Positions 12,243 through 25,615 of a stretch of DNA of 64,000 nucleotides are shown here, piece by piece. The stretch's first letter is position 1, and each line of letters opens with the position of its first letter. Below the pieces are notes generated by a model, which was not told the origin of the DNA, ran no database searches, and saw nothing but the letters and a program-made list of their open reading frames with translations. The stretch is taken from the NCBI RefSeq assembly GCF_006345805.1, contig NC_043010.1, forward strand, positions 50,902,001 to 50,966,000, given 5' to 3'. The stretch comes from Octopus sinensis. Its lineage: Eukaryota. A program made the position numbers and the translations under genes.

Positions 12243-12347
12243 TATATATATATAATCACACATATATATATATATACACACACACACACATATATATATA
12301 TATACACACACACATATATATATATATACACATATATATACACACAC
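12058..12347. repeat. Compound (TA)n/(CA)n microsatellite in the TRAPPC12 3' region
   Basis: About 290 bp of alternating TA and CA runs. Confidence 0.95.
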
Positions 12348-12497
12348 TAAATGAAATCCCTCTTCTGCATTGATTTATACACATGCACACCCACGCATGC
12401 ATGACTTGTACACACATATCGGTTTATGTTATGTAGATACACACATCCATACGATGCACACACACACACACACACACATACTATCACACAGTATCAC

Positions 12498-12503
12498 AAT
12501 AAA
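12498..12503 (+). promoter_or_regulatory. Candidate polyadenylation signal of TRAPPC12
   Basis: AATAAA about 560 bp after the stop codon, followed by GT/T-rich sequence. Confidence 0.4.
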
Positions 12504-12600
12504 CGTCTGTTGAGCGGTGATTGTGATATTATATTTATTGGAAACATCGACTAGCCCCCTCCCCCCCAAATTTCAGGCCTTAAGCCTATAGCAGAAAGAC

Positions 12601-12634
<34 letters not shown>

Positions 12635-13616
12635 GAAGTCGCCGACCTGGCAGAACTGTTAGCACACCAGGCAAAATGCTTAGTGGAATTTTGTCCATCT
12701 TCGTCTTCTGAGTTCAAATTCTGCTGAGGTTGACTTTGCCTTTCATCCTTTCGGGATCGATAAAATAAGTACCAGTTGAGCACTGGGCTCGATGTAATTC
12801 ACTAGTCCCCCGCTCCCTGAAATTTCAGGCCTTGTGCCTATAGTAGAAAGGGTTGTTGTTATTACTATTATTATTAAGGTAGTGAGCTGGCAGAACAGCA
12901 CTCTGGGCGAAATGCTTAGTGGCATTTTGTCCATTGCTATGCTTTGAGTTAAAATTCTGCCTAGGTAGACTTTGCCTTTCATCCTTTCGGGGGTCAATAA
13001 AATATGTACCAGTTGAACACTGAACTTGATGTAATCGATGTACCTGCTCCTCAGGAAATTGCTGGCCTTGTGCCAAAATTTGAAGCCAATATTATGTATA
13101 GTAGTATTGATCTTGGAAATCAGTTGGGTGGCAGAAACAGTAAGACCATGCTTTTAAGGATCATTTCTTAAGTATGTGTCGCAACGGCATCCGATTCTAT
13201 TGAGCGGATCAACATCACGATGATGTGAGATTGTACTGAGTCCTGAGTGTGAAACAGGTTTTTCTCTATCCTTCATTCCTTGCCTCTTAACGAATGTGAG
13301 AAAACCATTGAGGATCATTCTTCAGAGGTTTAATAACTTCTTAAAGAGGGACTCAATACTTTCTGAGTGATCTTTTTTTAGCCCCTTGTGGGCAATAAAG
13401 AAATAAGAAACAGTGATACTGCTCCAAATGCCATACAACATTTGGCTTCACCTCTCATACATTCCATGCTCAGGTCCCACTGCAATGGCAGGGATCAGGA
13501 GAAAAAATTCCTTACTGTATGTAATTCAACCCTGTTCTGAGTAGCAATTCTTTTACTGTTCACTTTCACCTCACACTAGTCCCAGTGGAAAATAGTACAC
13601 ACACACACACACACCA

Positions 13617-13696
<80 letters not shown>

Positions 13697-15665
13697 ATAA
13701 AAATTGACAGAAGCATTAAAATGTTGGGGAAAATGGAAAAATGATTTGCAGTATTTTATTCTGAATTTTTAACATTCTGAGTTTAAATTCTGCTAGGATC
13801 AACTTTGCTGTTCATCCCTCTGGGGCCAATAAAATAATGATTACATCAAGTAAATCTTTACCTTAAAATTGCTGCTTTGTGCCCAAACCAGAAACAATTA
13901 TTATCATTATTATTATTATTAGTAGTAGTAGTAGTAGTAAGTGGTTGATAACAGAACCAGAAAAACATTAGACAAAATGTCTTGTAGTGATTAGCTAGTT
14001 TCCTCTAGCTAAAATCCCGCGGAAGTTGACTTTGCCTTTCATTCCCCAATCTTCAATCCATATTCCCTGCAAGTTAAATCAGTTGCACCCCACCTCACTT
14101 TTCCAAAGGTAGCAATCACTCTTCTTCTGATTATTATTATTAAAGTAACAACCTGGCACAGCAGCATTTCTGAGTTCAAATGCCACTTGAGGTCCACTTT
14201 GCCTTTCAGCCCTTTCAGGGTCAATAAATTAAGTACCAGTAAAACACTGGGGGGTTGATGAAATTGACTTACCCCCTCCCCCAAAATTCGGGCCTTGTGC
14301 CTACAGTAGAAAGGATTATTATTATTATTATTATTAGAAAACGAATGAGACCCCTCCCTCCCAGTTAAAATGTTCAAACCCAAATCATCTGTCACCCAGT
14401 CACTTTGTTAGCTGATATAAATATAATGCCCTCTTATGAACTGTGAAATAAATAAACTAATATGAAAAATAAATCGATGGGAAATTGTTTAAAAATGAAA
14501 GTTTTAAATGAAGAGACAACCCAAGTGACATTTCTTTTAAATTACAAAAAAAAAAAATAATAATAATAATAAGGAATCAATAAAATCTAAACAATTTGTA
14601 TTGTTTGTGTGTTATATTTTCATTCTAAAGTTAGTAACGTAAGTATTGTCTCGAGTTCTAGGACTCATGGGGCTGGTTATGCAGTTTCCATGGTTTATGA
14701 GACCAAGATCACAATATTCATTCTGAATGGAATGCCAGTCCATCACAGAGTTATTCCTTTACGGTAATTTCCTATTTGATGTTTGTAAAATTATAGTGTT
14801 TTATTTCAATAAAACATTTCATAATTATAAGTGATACACACTGCAAATAGTCACTAAAAAGAGGCAAGGTGTTTGAGTTATTTTGAATAGGAGTTATTTT
14901 TGAAGGCTTACAAACCACATGGTTCCGGGTTCAGTCCCACTGCGTGGTACCTTGGGCAAGTGTCTTCTACTATAGCCTTGGGCTGACCAAAGCCTTGTGA
15001 GTGGATTTGGTAGATGGAAACTGAAAGAAGCCTGTTGTATATATGTCTGTGTGTGTGCATATATATATGTATATGTGTATATGTTTGTGTGTCTGTGTTT
15101 ATCCAACATCGCTTGACAACCGATGTTGGTGTGTTTACGTCCCCATAACTTAGCGGTTCGGCAAAAGAGACCAAGAGAATAAGTTCTAGGCTTACAAAGA
15201 ATAAGTCCTGGGGTCAATTTGCTCAACTAAAGGCAGTGCTCCACCATGGCCACAGTTAAATGACTGAAACAAGTAAATGAGTAGAGTTTCACCCTGGGCA
15301 CATGCGAGAATTCTTCAACAGTCCACAGCAGGCACACCAAGCAATACAAGTTGCTAGATCTGACAAAGATTGAGTCGGTGTCATAATTGCGCGCCTTTCA
15401 TTGAATTATCTCCTAGTATTTTGTTACTATTCACAATAAAACGAGGAGCAGCAGGATGTCCATGAGACAGGCTAAATGAGTTGAAAGAGGTCTGCTACCC
15501 AACCACATGGTTTCTAGGTGCATGGAATCTTAGGTGAGTGATTTGTAGTGCTGCTCCTGACTTGACTGAAGCTTTGTGAGTGGATTTGGTAGATAGAAAC
15601 TGAAAGAGACTATTCATCTATCCATCCATGTGTGTGTGTGTGTGTTTCCATCTTGCCATGATATA

Positions 15666-15916
15666 GAAGCATGGAACAAACTGCCGGCATCAGTTGTTAG
15701 CTGTCGGAGCACTGCATCCTTCAAAACTTCCATGCTTTCTGAGATTCGCCAACACTACACCTGATTTTCTCCCCTCCATACACACACAAGCATGTATCTG
15801 ACTCATACATTGTCCGCTTTCCAGACATTTGTACATTACTGCATATACTTTATATGCACTTTCTGACTAGTTATGGTGCACCTGAGCACTGTATACAATA
15901 ATTTCATTATTATTAT
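15666..15916 (+). mobile_element. CR1 LINE 3' end fragment
   Basis: Near-identical in layout to 17620-17879; (ATT)n tail. Another short copy at 29474-29647. Confidence 0.75.
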
Positions 15917-16674
15917 AAATGAAATTAAAACTAAAATTCGATTTTATGAACATCAAATACGAAATTTCGCTCCTTTATCACTGACTGAATTGGAGCAACA
16001 TGAAATGATGTGTTTTACTTTAGGATACACTACCTGGTCTGTGAATTGAAACCATGATCTTCCGATTGTGAGCACAATACCTTAAATACGTAGATAAACA
16101 ACAATGCACTGGAGGTGCTATGACAACAACGGTTTTGACGTCTACTTGTGAGGACAGACTTATTTCATTGGCTAAAATTACGTAACTTTAACTGCATCCA
16201 ACTTGTTTTACTATTCATTTTTCGAAAGAATGAATTCAAATTTTCACCATCAGCATGCAAAACTACATCAGGAGGAAACTCGAAAACAATCCATTGAAAA
16301 ACCTTCAAGTGGTTGGATAAAAGAAAAAGATACCTTCTGCCTTTATCTCAAAGTTAGATTCCTCTAATTTATTTACTACATTACATGGTCATTCAAACTG
16401 TTAGAAATAACAGCCAACCCCCTCCTCCCCAAATCACACTCTTTCGTCTTTAAAGAAAAGTCAAGGACACGTTAGATAAAATAATCCTTGGCACTTTATT
16501 TACTACACTGTGAGACCATTCAAATTGTTGGAAAAACAGCCAAACTCCCTCAAATTACACTGTTTTATATTTAAAAAAGAAGTTGTTTTCCAATGATGAA
16601 ACAGCAAATCTACCAGAAAATATTGAGAACCAATATGCAAATCATTTTCATTCTCACGCATATAACGATTTATT

Positions 16675-16922
16675 TATCAATATTTTGTTGTGTCTGGAGA
16701 GAGTCATTTTCTTTTTGTGCCTTATAATTTAACACTCACCGGTAAAATTTCCCCTTATTTATTAGTTTTCTAAAATTTTCGTTGCGTCTTGCTGGTGAAT
16801 GTGTTAAATTATAAGACACAAAAAGAAAATGACTCTCCCCAGACACAACAGAATATGCTTCAACACACGAACTCACATAAAGAATCTTGCAAACCAAATC
16901 CAAAAACAAAATATCAATATTT
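16675..16922. mobile_element. Asymmetric foldback element, internally deleted copy, with 11-bp TSD
   Basis: TATCAATATTT at 16675-16685 and 16912-16922; ~60-bp inverted arms plus a ~55-bp one-sided tail. Confidence 0.75.
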
Positions 16923-17114
16923 GTCGAGCAAGTAAGGGAGACAACTCCAGCAGGTATTCAGACATTCTGGATGGTGTCCCAGTTTTCTTTATCAGTCAAT
17001 TCAGTCTTATTACATACATTAAAGCTTGGTGAAAGCAGCCTTCACTTCCTTTACATATTTTACATTCGTAATAACTACCTGAGTCATGTTCGTTTTCGTC
17101 ACCATCCTTTACGT

Positions 17115-17879
17115 TGTAAACGTTACCTGGGCGTTATTGTCGACAGCGATTTGCGTTGGACAAAACACATCGCTAAAATTGCCAAGAAGGCTGAGGGTGT
17201 CTTGGCATCATTCACCAAGTCCTTTGTGAGCCGCTTTCCGGCTATCTATCTGCGGCTTTATATAGCTATGGTACGACCTCACATGGAATTTGCATCACCG
17301 GTCTGGAACCCCTATCTTGCCCAGGATATCAATCGTCTGGAAGCCGTTCAGCGACGTGCAACCAAGAGAATACCCTCCATCAGGCATTTGCCATATTCTG
17401 AACGCCTTACTTCCCTGGGCATGGATACATTGAAACTCCGACGTCTGGCAGCTGACTTGGCAGACACCCATAAAATTATTAATCATCTTACAAACAATAA
17501 CTCTGAGCACCTTTTCAAACTCCATCTGTCTAACACCCGTGGATATGTTTACAAAGTCAGAAAACAGCACAGCTCCCATGACTTTCGGAAACATTTTTTT
17601 CATGCTAAGAGTTGCTGAAGTATGGAACAAACTGCCGGCATCAGTTGTTAGTTGTCGGAGCACTGCATCCTTCAAAACTTCCATGCTTCCTGAGATTCGC
17701 CAACACTATACCTCATTTTATCCCCTCCATACACACGCAAGCATGTATCTGACTCATACACTGTTCACTTTCCAGACATTTGTACATTACTGCATATACT
17801 TTATACGCACTTTTGACAAGTTGTGGTGCACCTGAGCACTGTATACAATAATTTCATTATTATTATTATTATTATTATT
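17115..17879 (+). mobile_element. 5'-truncated CR1-clade LINE (RT C-terminal region, 3' UTR, (ATT)n tail)
   Basis: RYLGVIVDSDLRWTKHI...VRPHMEFASPVWNPY...LEAVQRRATKRIP...Y.ERL..L; frameshift near 17605. Confidence 0.9.
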
Positions 17880-18762
17880 CCCTGCAACTGTTTGCTGTTG
17901 ACGCCATCAATATGAACAATATTATCGTTAAAGGCACGAAATTAGGATTTTTGGACGAAGGTGTTAAATGCTCATGTACAAAATATATGTGTAAACACAA
18001 GAAGTGCAGTGAGACATAAGATAAAGCCACCAAGCGATTAAACCCCTTGGCAATACGAAAGGGTTATGTTATTTCCATATACCCTCCAGAAAGGCTCACA
18101 CCTTCAATAATGGTGTATGTTTCTTGAGACCGTATTTTGACAATACATTCACTACTGCAATCCGTAGAGATGGTACATTTCAGTCGCTCTTAAAGGAATT
18201 CTTGTCTGGAAATTGTCTAACAAACTGCAACGATATGTACACACTGGTTAACTGCCCCACCAAAAAGGAGGATATTGATGTACGAAATACTCTGCAATAA
18301 AAATGGCAGTTCCTAGATCTGGAGCACCGTCAAAAAATTGCAAATTTGTATTTAGGAATCTGTCCATGCAAATACATCTTAAGAAAAGCTGGAGAAATGT
18401 TACATTCACGACCGGGTTACAGCGTACGCGTAAATCAACGAGGGGAGACAACTCGTTCTGTGAGATTTATCTGCACTTGCTTTGTCGCTGCTGAAATTGA
18501 ATGTTTGAGTGTACGAGAACAAATTATTACATTTGATGACATTTGCATATAGGGCCCCCTAGGTCCTATATGCGAATGAATATGTGCTGCATAATAGATG
18601 CCATTGTGCCTTTCACGTGGTCGAATTCAGTTTAGTGAGATGTGTTGGAGTTAAAGCAACAATATGCACAATTAGAAAAGAAACAAAATCTTGGTTCAAT
18701 GACACATACAAAGGAAATACCACCTTTTCCAGAAGATTAATATTTCTGAGAACAAACAAATA

Positions 18763-19212
18763 TTGGGTTGTCCGGAAAGTTCATGCCGATTTATAGTATC
18801 TTACCTTTCGACTTATTTTAGAACATGGTTGAGTCCATAAAATAGGATTTGACTACACCTCCATTTAGAGCATAGTTTAAGCTATCTTTATGTGGAAGAA
18901 GGTTTATGTTCCTATAACCTGTGTTAATTCTGTAACCCTTTAAAATGGAAGATAAGAAAGTTCATTTTTGGCACTTGATGCTTTGGGAACCAGACAAAAA
19001 TTGCTGCAGGTCGGCTGGGATGTGTTACCCCACCCTCCATATTCACCAGATATTGCTCCTTCGGATTTCCACATATTCAGGTCTCTGCAGAATAGTCTTA
19101 ATGGTAAAAATTTCAATTCCTTGGATGACATAAAAAGATACCTTGATGAATTCTTTGCCATGAAACCACCTCAATTCTGGGAAGAAGGTATTTTCAAGTT
19201 AAAGGAAAGATG
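18763..19212 (+). mobile_element. Internally deleted mariner transposon
   Basis: TA|TTGGGTTGTCCGGAAAGTT left end; MEDKKVHFWHLMLWE fused to RQKLLQVGWDVLPHPPYSPDIAPSDFHIFRSL (YSPD motif). Confidence 0.85.
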
Positions 19213-19261
19213 TGTAATGTGTATAGGTGGGGATCTCAGGTGTAGAGTTGGCGAATTTCAG

Positions 19262-19665
19262 GAAGCATGGAGGTTTTCAAAGATGCAATGTCTTGGCAAC
19301 TAACAACTGATGCAGGTAGTTTGTTCCATGCTTCATGGGAGTTGTGTTGTTTTCTGACTTTGTAGGCATGCCAACGTGTTAGACAAATAGAGCTCAAAAA
19401 GGTGCTCAAGGTGGTTGTTGGCACGATGGTTAATAATTTTGTGAGTGTTTACCAAGTCAGTTACCAGACGTCAGAGCATCAATGTATCTATGCCCAGAGA
19501 AGCAAGGCATTCAGAGTATGGTAGATGCCTGATGGAGGGTATTCGCTCAGTTGCACATCTCTGAACAGTTTCTAGGAGGTCAATGTCCAAAGTAAGATAG
19601 GGGTTCCAGACTGGTGATGCAAATTCCAAGTGTGGCCACACCATAGCCATATACAGCCTTAAATA
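19262..19665 (-). mobile_element. Decayed CR1 LINE fragment
   Basis: Reverse complement resembles 17260-17660; it truncates the adjacent mariner. Confidence 0.7.
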
Positions 19666-21317
19666 GATAAATATGCTACCTTTGTTCCAATTTATTTTTA
19701 TAATTAAGAAGGATTTAGTAAAATAACTTAATATTAGTGTTTATTAAAATAATTTATTATACTAGCGTTTGCGCGAGGCATCTTGGTCCTTTGTCATTTT
19801 ACCTAAAATGTTCAGTATCCAGAAGTCATTCTTCAGTATTTCATCCCATGTCTTTCTGGGTCTCTCAATTCCACGTGCTCCACCTACTTTCAGAGACTCA
19901 TTACAAAGATCATAACATTTCCAGCCACTGGTAATCAAAGAAAGACAGAGACAACCAAAATTTCTATAAAGGATAAACTTTATTTCATCTCACTCACAAC
20001 ATTAGCTATCTGTACAGAATTGGTATTTTTTTTTTTTAAATCTTTATTTTTAGCATTTATTTTGGTTTTCTTTAAAATCAGTTGTTGGTGTTTGATGAAA
20101 GAAAAATATATTTTATTTCGGCAGCATTTAGAGGTTCAAAGCATGAATGATGTATATTTTTGCTTTACATTCAATTTCTCTGAGCAATGATTCCGTTACA
20201 ATTTCCACAAATAAAAGAAATACAAAGTTTTAACTTAAAGGCAATTTTGTTCGACTTTGTTTAACAATTCTGCCAATAAATAATCATAATGCACAGTATG
20301 AACTCAGTATTATAATAATAATAATAATAATAATGATAATAATGATGATGATGATAATTATTTCAAATTTTGGCACAAGGCCAGAAATTTTTGGAGGGGA
20401 GGGGTTAAGTCGATAACATCGACCTCAGTGCTTGACTGGTAGTTGTTTTATTGACCCTGAAAGGAATGATGATGATAATAATAATAATAATAATCATAAT
20501 TCTTTCTGAATTTGGTACAAGGCTTGCAATTTCTTTTAGCCAGGGGAGGAGGAGCCAGCCGATTAAATTGACCCCAGTACTTGACAGGTACTTTATTTTA
20601 TTGACCCCCCAGAAAGAAGGAAGGCAAAGTCAAACCCAGCAATATTTGAAAACAGAATGTTAATGAGTCAGAAGAAATGCCTTAAAGTATTTTGTCCAAC
20701 GTATTAACAATTCTGCTAGCTCGCTGCCTTAAATAATAATAATAATAATAATAATAATACATAATTAAAAATTAAATTTTTTTAAAAAAGTAAATGACAT
20801 CGACAGAAAAAATACTTGGTCCATATGGCTAGAAAAAAAGCTTTCATAATATTTATAGGAACTTCAAATAATGTCATGGACAATATCTAAATTAAATTAA
20901 ATAATTAAATAATTAAAATAAAATAAAAAATGAAAATTTAGCACGACCCCAGTTGTGAATATGGTTATTTGTAAATATTTGAGATTAAGGACATAAGTTC
21001 TATTCAACTCCCACAGCTAAAACACAAGCTAATTATTATTGGCATTTGTACTGTATTGAAGCTTCAATTCTAAAGTGTAAGTGTACAGAAGCTCTCGATC
21101 TGTTAGAAAGAGTAGTCAATTGTCCTGGTCTGAATATCATTATTCTGTGAGAAAAATGATAGTGATACCATTATATATGGCTTCCTAATACAATGTTTAC
21201 ATTATCCATGAATCAATTAAAAAAAGAGCAAAAATGCACTGTGACTGATCAGTAATAGAAGAAAATTAAATTAAGTTGCCATTCTATTTAGCTATGTAAA
21301 TTTCAAGGTGTGGCTAA

Positions 21318-21525
21318 TATTCTGTTGTATGTTGTATTGCGCCAATAATAAACACATGCACTGGTTGTATTTCACATCTTAACCAACTGACAAATAAAAT
21401 CAAATAAAGAAGTGAAATAAAACCAGTGCATGTATTTCTTATTGGTATAATGACCTTCCTAAGATACAACAAAACATATTTCAATATATGAGTTCATATC
21501 AAGAATCTTGCAAACCAAATACAAC
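21318..21525. mobile_element. Asymmetric foldback element, divergent member
   Basis: Inverted arms TATTCTGTTGTAT...CATGCACTGG / CCAGTGCATG...ATACAACAAAA, followed by the AAGAATCTTGCAAACCAAATAC tail. Confidence 0.6.
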
Positions 21526-22401
21526 AATGTGTTAATGTGACAATGTGTTAATGTGCATTGTCCCTTTGGAGCAGAGATGCAGGCTGTCTCTTTGCTGTGA
21601 CTCATTTTTTTATAGCTATTAAGCCTTCAGCAGTTAAAATGACCATAGTTGGTCCATATAGTCTACTTGTTTTATGTTCAAACTGGCCTCTCACACCTAC
21701 TTTACAATGTCATTCTAAACTAAACAATCACATCATCGAAATTTCAAAGATATGAGACATTACATTTAACAGAGTAATCTGAATGCTTAAAGGTTTAATA
21801 TTACTATGTTATTTCTGTATATTCTCTTTATATCCTTAGTCTTAACATTTACAATTTTCACTATTTTATAAATGAAAGTGGGAGGGAATGGAAGTTGAGT
21901 CATTCATACTTTTCCCTAAGGCATTAGCAACATATGTGAAATATTTTGATTTTGGTCCTAGTTCTTTAAATTCTTTATTAAGGATATGTTCCGTCTGATG
22001 TACTTCTGAATCACATACAGCACTTGAAGCACTCCATGTAACCTTAAAAAGCATTTTTATTGCTAGCAAGTTCTTAGCAATAACCAGTTAGATCAACTCA
22101 AAAACATATCCCTATATCTAACGAACTTATGTCATAACTTTTATAATTAATGTATTAATATAACCATAATTACATCACAGTATATCACCATATATATATA
22201 TAATATATATATATATATAGATAGATAGATAGATCATATTATACACCCAAATTTGGATTTGTAGTATCAAGAGCCACTCCAGTTGGCTCACATGGAAGAG
22301 TTCAGCAGATTACATAACTTCATACACAACAACATGTACATGATTAGTGTAAAAATTGCTGTTAATATATTGATATAACTATAATTACATCACAGTCCAT
22401 T

Positions 22402-22432
<31 letters not shown>

Positions 22433-22785
22433 GGAACACACACACATATACATACAGTTTATGGAAATTATACCCAAATTTCGCCTATTGGTATCAAGAG
22501 CCTCTCTAGTTAGCTCATATACATGGAAGAGTTCAGCAGAGTACAGGACAGGAGTAATAATAATAATAACAATAATAATAATGATGGTGAAGATGATAAA
22601 AATAATAATGATGTTGACAATAAAAATAATGATGATGATAATAATAATAATAATAATCCTTTCTATGATAGGCACAAAGCCTGAAATTTTCGGGGAGGGG
22701 ATAAGTCAATTACATTGACCCCAGTGTTCAACTGGTGCTTAATTTACCGACCCCGAAAGGAAAAACGGCAAAGTCGACCTCAGCA

Positions 22786-22826
<41 letters not shown>

Positions 22827-23404
22827 GCAGTGATAATGATGCTTACAGCTTAGACATTGTATAGCGTGGAAAGGAATGGGAGTTTGCAACACACATGCTT
22901 TTACTAGAGAGAAGGGAAGCATTGAAACTGAATTGCAGACTAAGTTTCACCAGGAACTTACTATGACTTCACAGCATTCATTATATAATAATAATAATAA
23001 TAATAAGGATATTAATACTTTCTACTGTAGGCACAGAGCCTGAAGTTATGGGAGAGGGGTTAGTCAATTACATCAACCCCAGTGCTCAACTGGTACTTAT
23101 TTTTTATCAACCTCGAAAGGATGAAATGCAAAGTCAACCTCGGTGAAATTTGAACCCAGAACGTAAAGACGGATGAAATATCATTAAGCATTTTGTCTGG
23201 CATGCTAACAATACCGCCAGCTCGCCACATTGATATAATAATAATGATGATGATGAGGAGGAGGGTGAGGATAGTGATGATGATGATATAAAAGTAGTAG
23301 AAATAAACAGATAACAAAAGCAATAATAACAATATAATTAATAATAGCAATAATGATATTAATTATATATATTTAACAATGATGATTTATTTGGTCCGAT
23401 TCCA

Positions 23405-23577
23405 CTAGGTTTGTAGTTCAGCAACGTTGGCCATGTGTCGTGAGATGATTGTGTCCAAATATTGAACGATAAGCTTATCCGACCAAGAGATTTCGTTTGG
23501 AAAGAAGCTTCCACCTTCAAGGTAGCCAAGATGTCCGCCATGTGTCGTCACAGCCATAATACATTTCTCATTATTCA
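23405..23577 (-). CDS. ABHD2: ABHD2 last coding exon with catalytic His (HGGHLGYLEG...W.DKLIVQY...QT*)
   Basis: ttgcag|TG AAT...TAG; HGGHLG motif. Confidence 0.95.
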
Positions 23578-23861
23578 CTGCAATGAGTAGAAACAGAAAT
23601 AGAAATAGAGAAGGGACTAAGTTAATGCTGGCATTTCTTCCCATCTTAAGAAATAATATCAAAATAATCAAAATATTACACTCTTTAACTTGCTTCAGTC
23701 ATTTGACTGCGGCCATGCTGGAGCACCACCTTTAGTTGAGCAAATCGACCCCAGTTCTCTTTTGCTGAACCGCTAAGTTATGGGGACGTAAACACACCAG
23801 CATCGGTTGTCAAGCAATGTTGAGAGGACAAACATAGATATACAAACATATACACACACAT

Positions 23862-23903
<42 letters not shown>

Positions 23904-25002
23904 GGCTTCTTTCAGTTTCCATCTACCAAGTCCACTCACAAGGCTTTAGTCAGCCTGAGGCTATAGTAGAAGACACTTGCCCAAGGTGCCACGCAGTGGG
24001 ACTGAACCCGGAACCATGTGGTTGGTAAGCAAGCTACTTGCCACACAGCCACTCCAATGCCTGTTAAATAACAAACTAAAATAATTCTTCCTACTATAGG
24101 CACAAAGCCCGAAATTTTGGAGAAGGGACTAATTGATTAGATCAACTCCAATGCTCAACTGGCATTTATTTCATTGACTCCAAAAGGATGAAAGGCAAAG
24201 TCAAACTTGGTGAAACTTGAACTATGAATGTAGAGAGCTGGAAGATATACCACTAAGCATTTTGTTCAGCATGCTAACAATTATGCCAGTTTGCTGCCTT
24301 AAGAATAATAATTTTTTCATCATAGGCACAATACCTGAAATTTGAAGGGAGAGGACTGGTCAATTATGTTGATCTCAGTAATCAACTGATACTTATTTTA
24401 TTGACCCTGAAAGGATGGAAGCCAAATTCAACCTCAGTAGAATTTGAATTGAGGATGTAAAGAACTGGAAGATATCGCTAAGCATTTTGTCTGACATGCT
24501 ACTCTAATAATGACTTCAAATTTTGGCATAACTCTTTTACTTGTTTCAGTCATTTGACTGTGGCCATGCTGGAGCACTGCCTTTAGTCGAGCAAATCGAC
24601 CCCAGGACTTATTCTTTGTAAGACTAGTACTTATTCTATCGGTATCTTTTGCCGAACTGCTAAGTTACGGGGACGTAAACACACCAGCATCGGTTGTCAA
24701 GCAATGTTGGGAAGACAAACACAGATACAAACATATACACACACACACACACACATATATATGTGTCGGTACTGGTGGCACGTAAAAAGCACCATCTGTC
24801 CGTGGCCGTTTGCCAGCCTCGTCTGGCACCTGTGCGGGTGGCACATAAAAAGCACCCACTATACTCACGGAGTGGTTGGCGTTAGGAAGGGCATCCAGCC
24901 GTAGAAACACTGCCAGATCAGACTGGGCCTGATGCAGCCTTCTCGCTTCCCAGACCCCAGTTGAACCGTCCAACCCATGCTAGCATGGAAAGCGGACGCT
25001 AA

Positions 25003-25068
<66 letters not shown>

Positions 25069-25426
25069 ACACACATATATATGCAACGAGCTTCTTTCAG
25101 TTTCCGTCTATCAAGTCCACTCACAAGGGTTTGGTTGGCCCGAGGCTATAGTAGAAGAAACTTGGCCAAAGTGCAACGCAGTGGGACTGAACCCGGAACC
25201 ATGTTGTTGATAAGCAAGCTACTTACCACATAGCCAATCCTGTGCCAGTAATTTTGGGGGAAGGGGGTAAATCGATTACAGTGACCCCAGTGTTCGACTG
25301 ATACTTATTTTATGGACTAAAAAGAGGCTTCGCCAAAGAAGGTTCAATAACCAATCAGCCATGTCAAATGGTCAAAATCCTCACAGTTGCACCTGATAAT
25401 CTCATTCCAAACAGCAAAATACTTAC

Positions 25427-25511
25427 TTGCATGAGCTTTTGGTATCTTTAAAAGATCTTGAGGGACGAGAGGATCATCAGCAGCATTGAGTAACAATAAT
25501 GGAATTTTGAT
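25427..25511 (-). CDS. ABHD2: ABHD2 exon with catalytic Asp (IKIPLLLLNAADDPLVP...)
   Basis: ccag|ATC...GCAA|gtaag, 85 bp; NAADDPLV motif. Confidence 0.95.
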
Positions 25512-25615
25512 CTGGAGAGAGAAAAAAAAAGAAAAGAAAGAGATGAATCATTAATGTTGGTAGGGATTATGAGTTAAGATCATAACATGCAAATATGTAT
25601 GTACAAACACATACC

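Noticed and set aside
12027-12373. ORFs rich in [12 protein letters not shown] here and at many other sites (1289-1620, 34351-34893, 50353-51671, 59170-59478)
   Set aside because: Translations of microsatellites or low-complexity DNA, not genes.
16887-17618. 243-aa ORF as an intact gene
   Set aside because: Chimeric: it starts in the foldback tail, crosses unrelated sequence, and only from about 17115 is CR1 RT C-terminus; it lacks the RT catalytic core.
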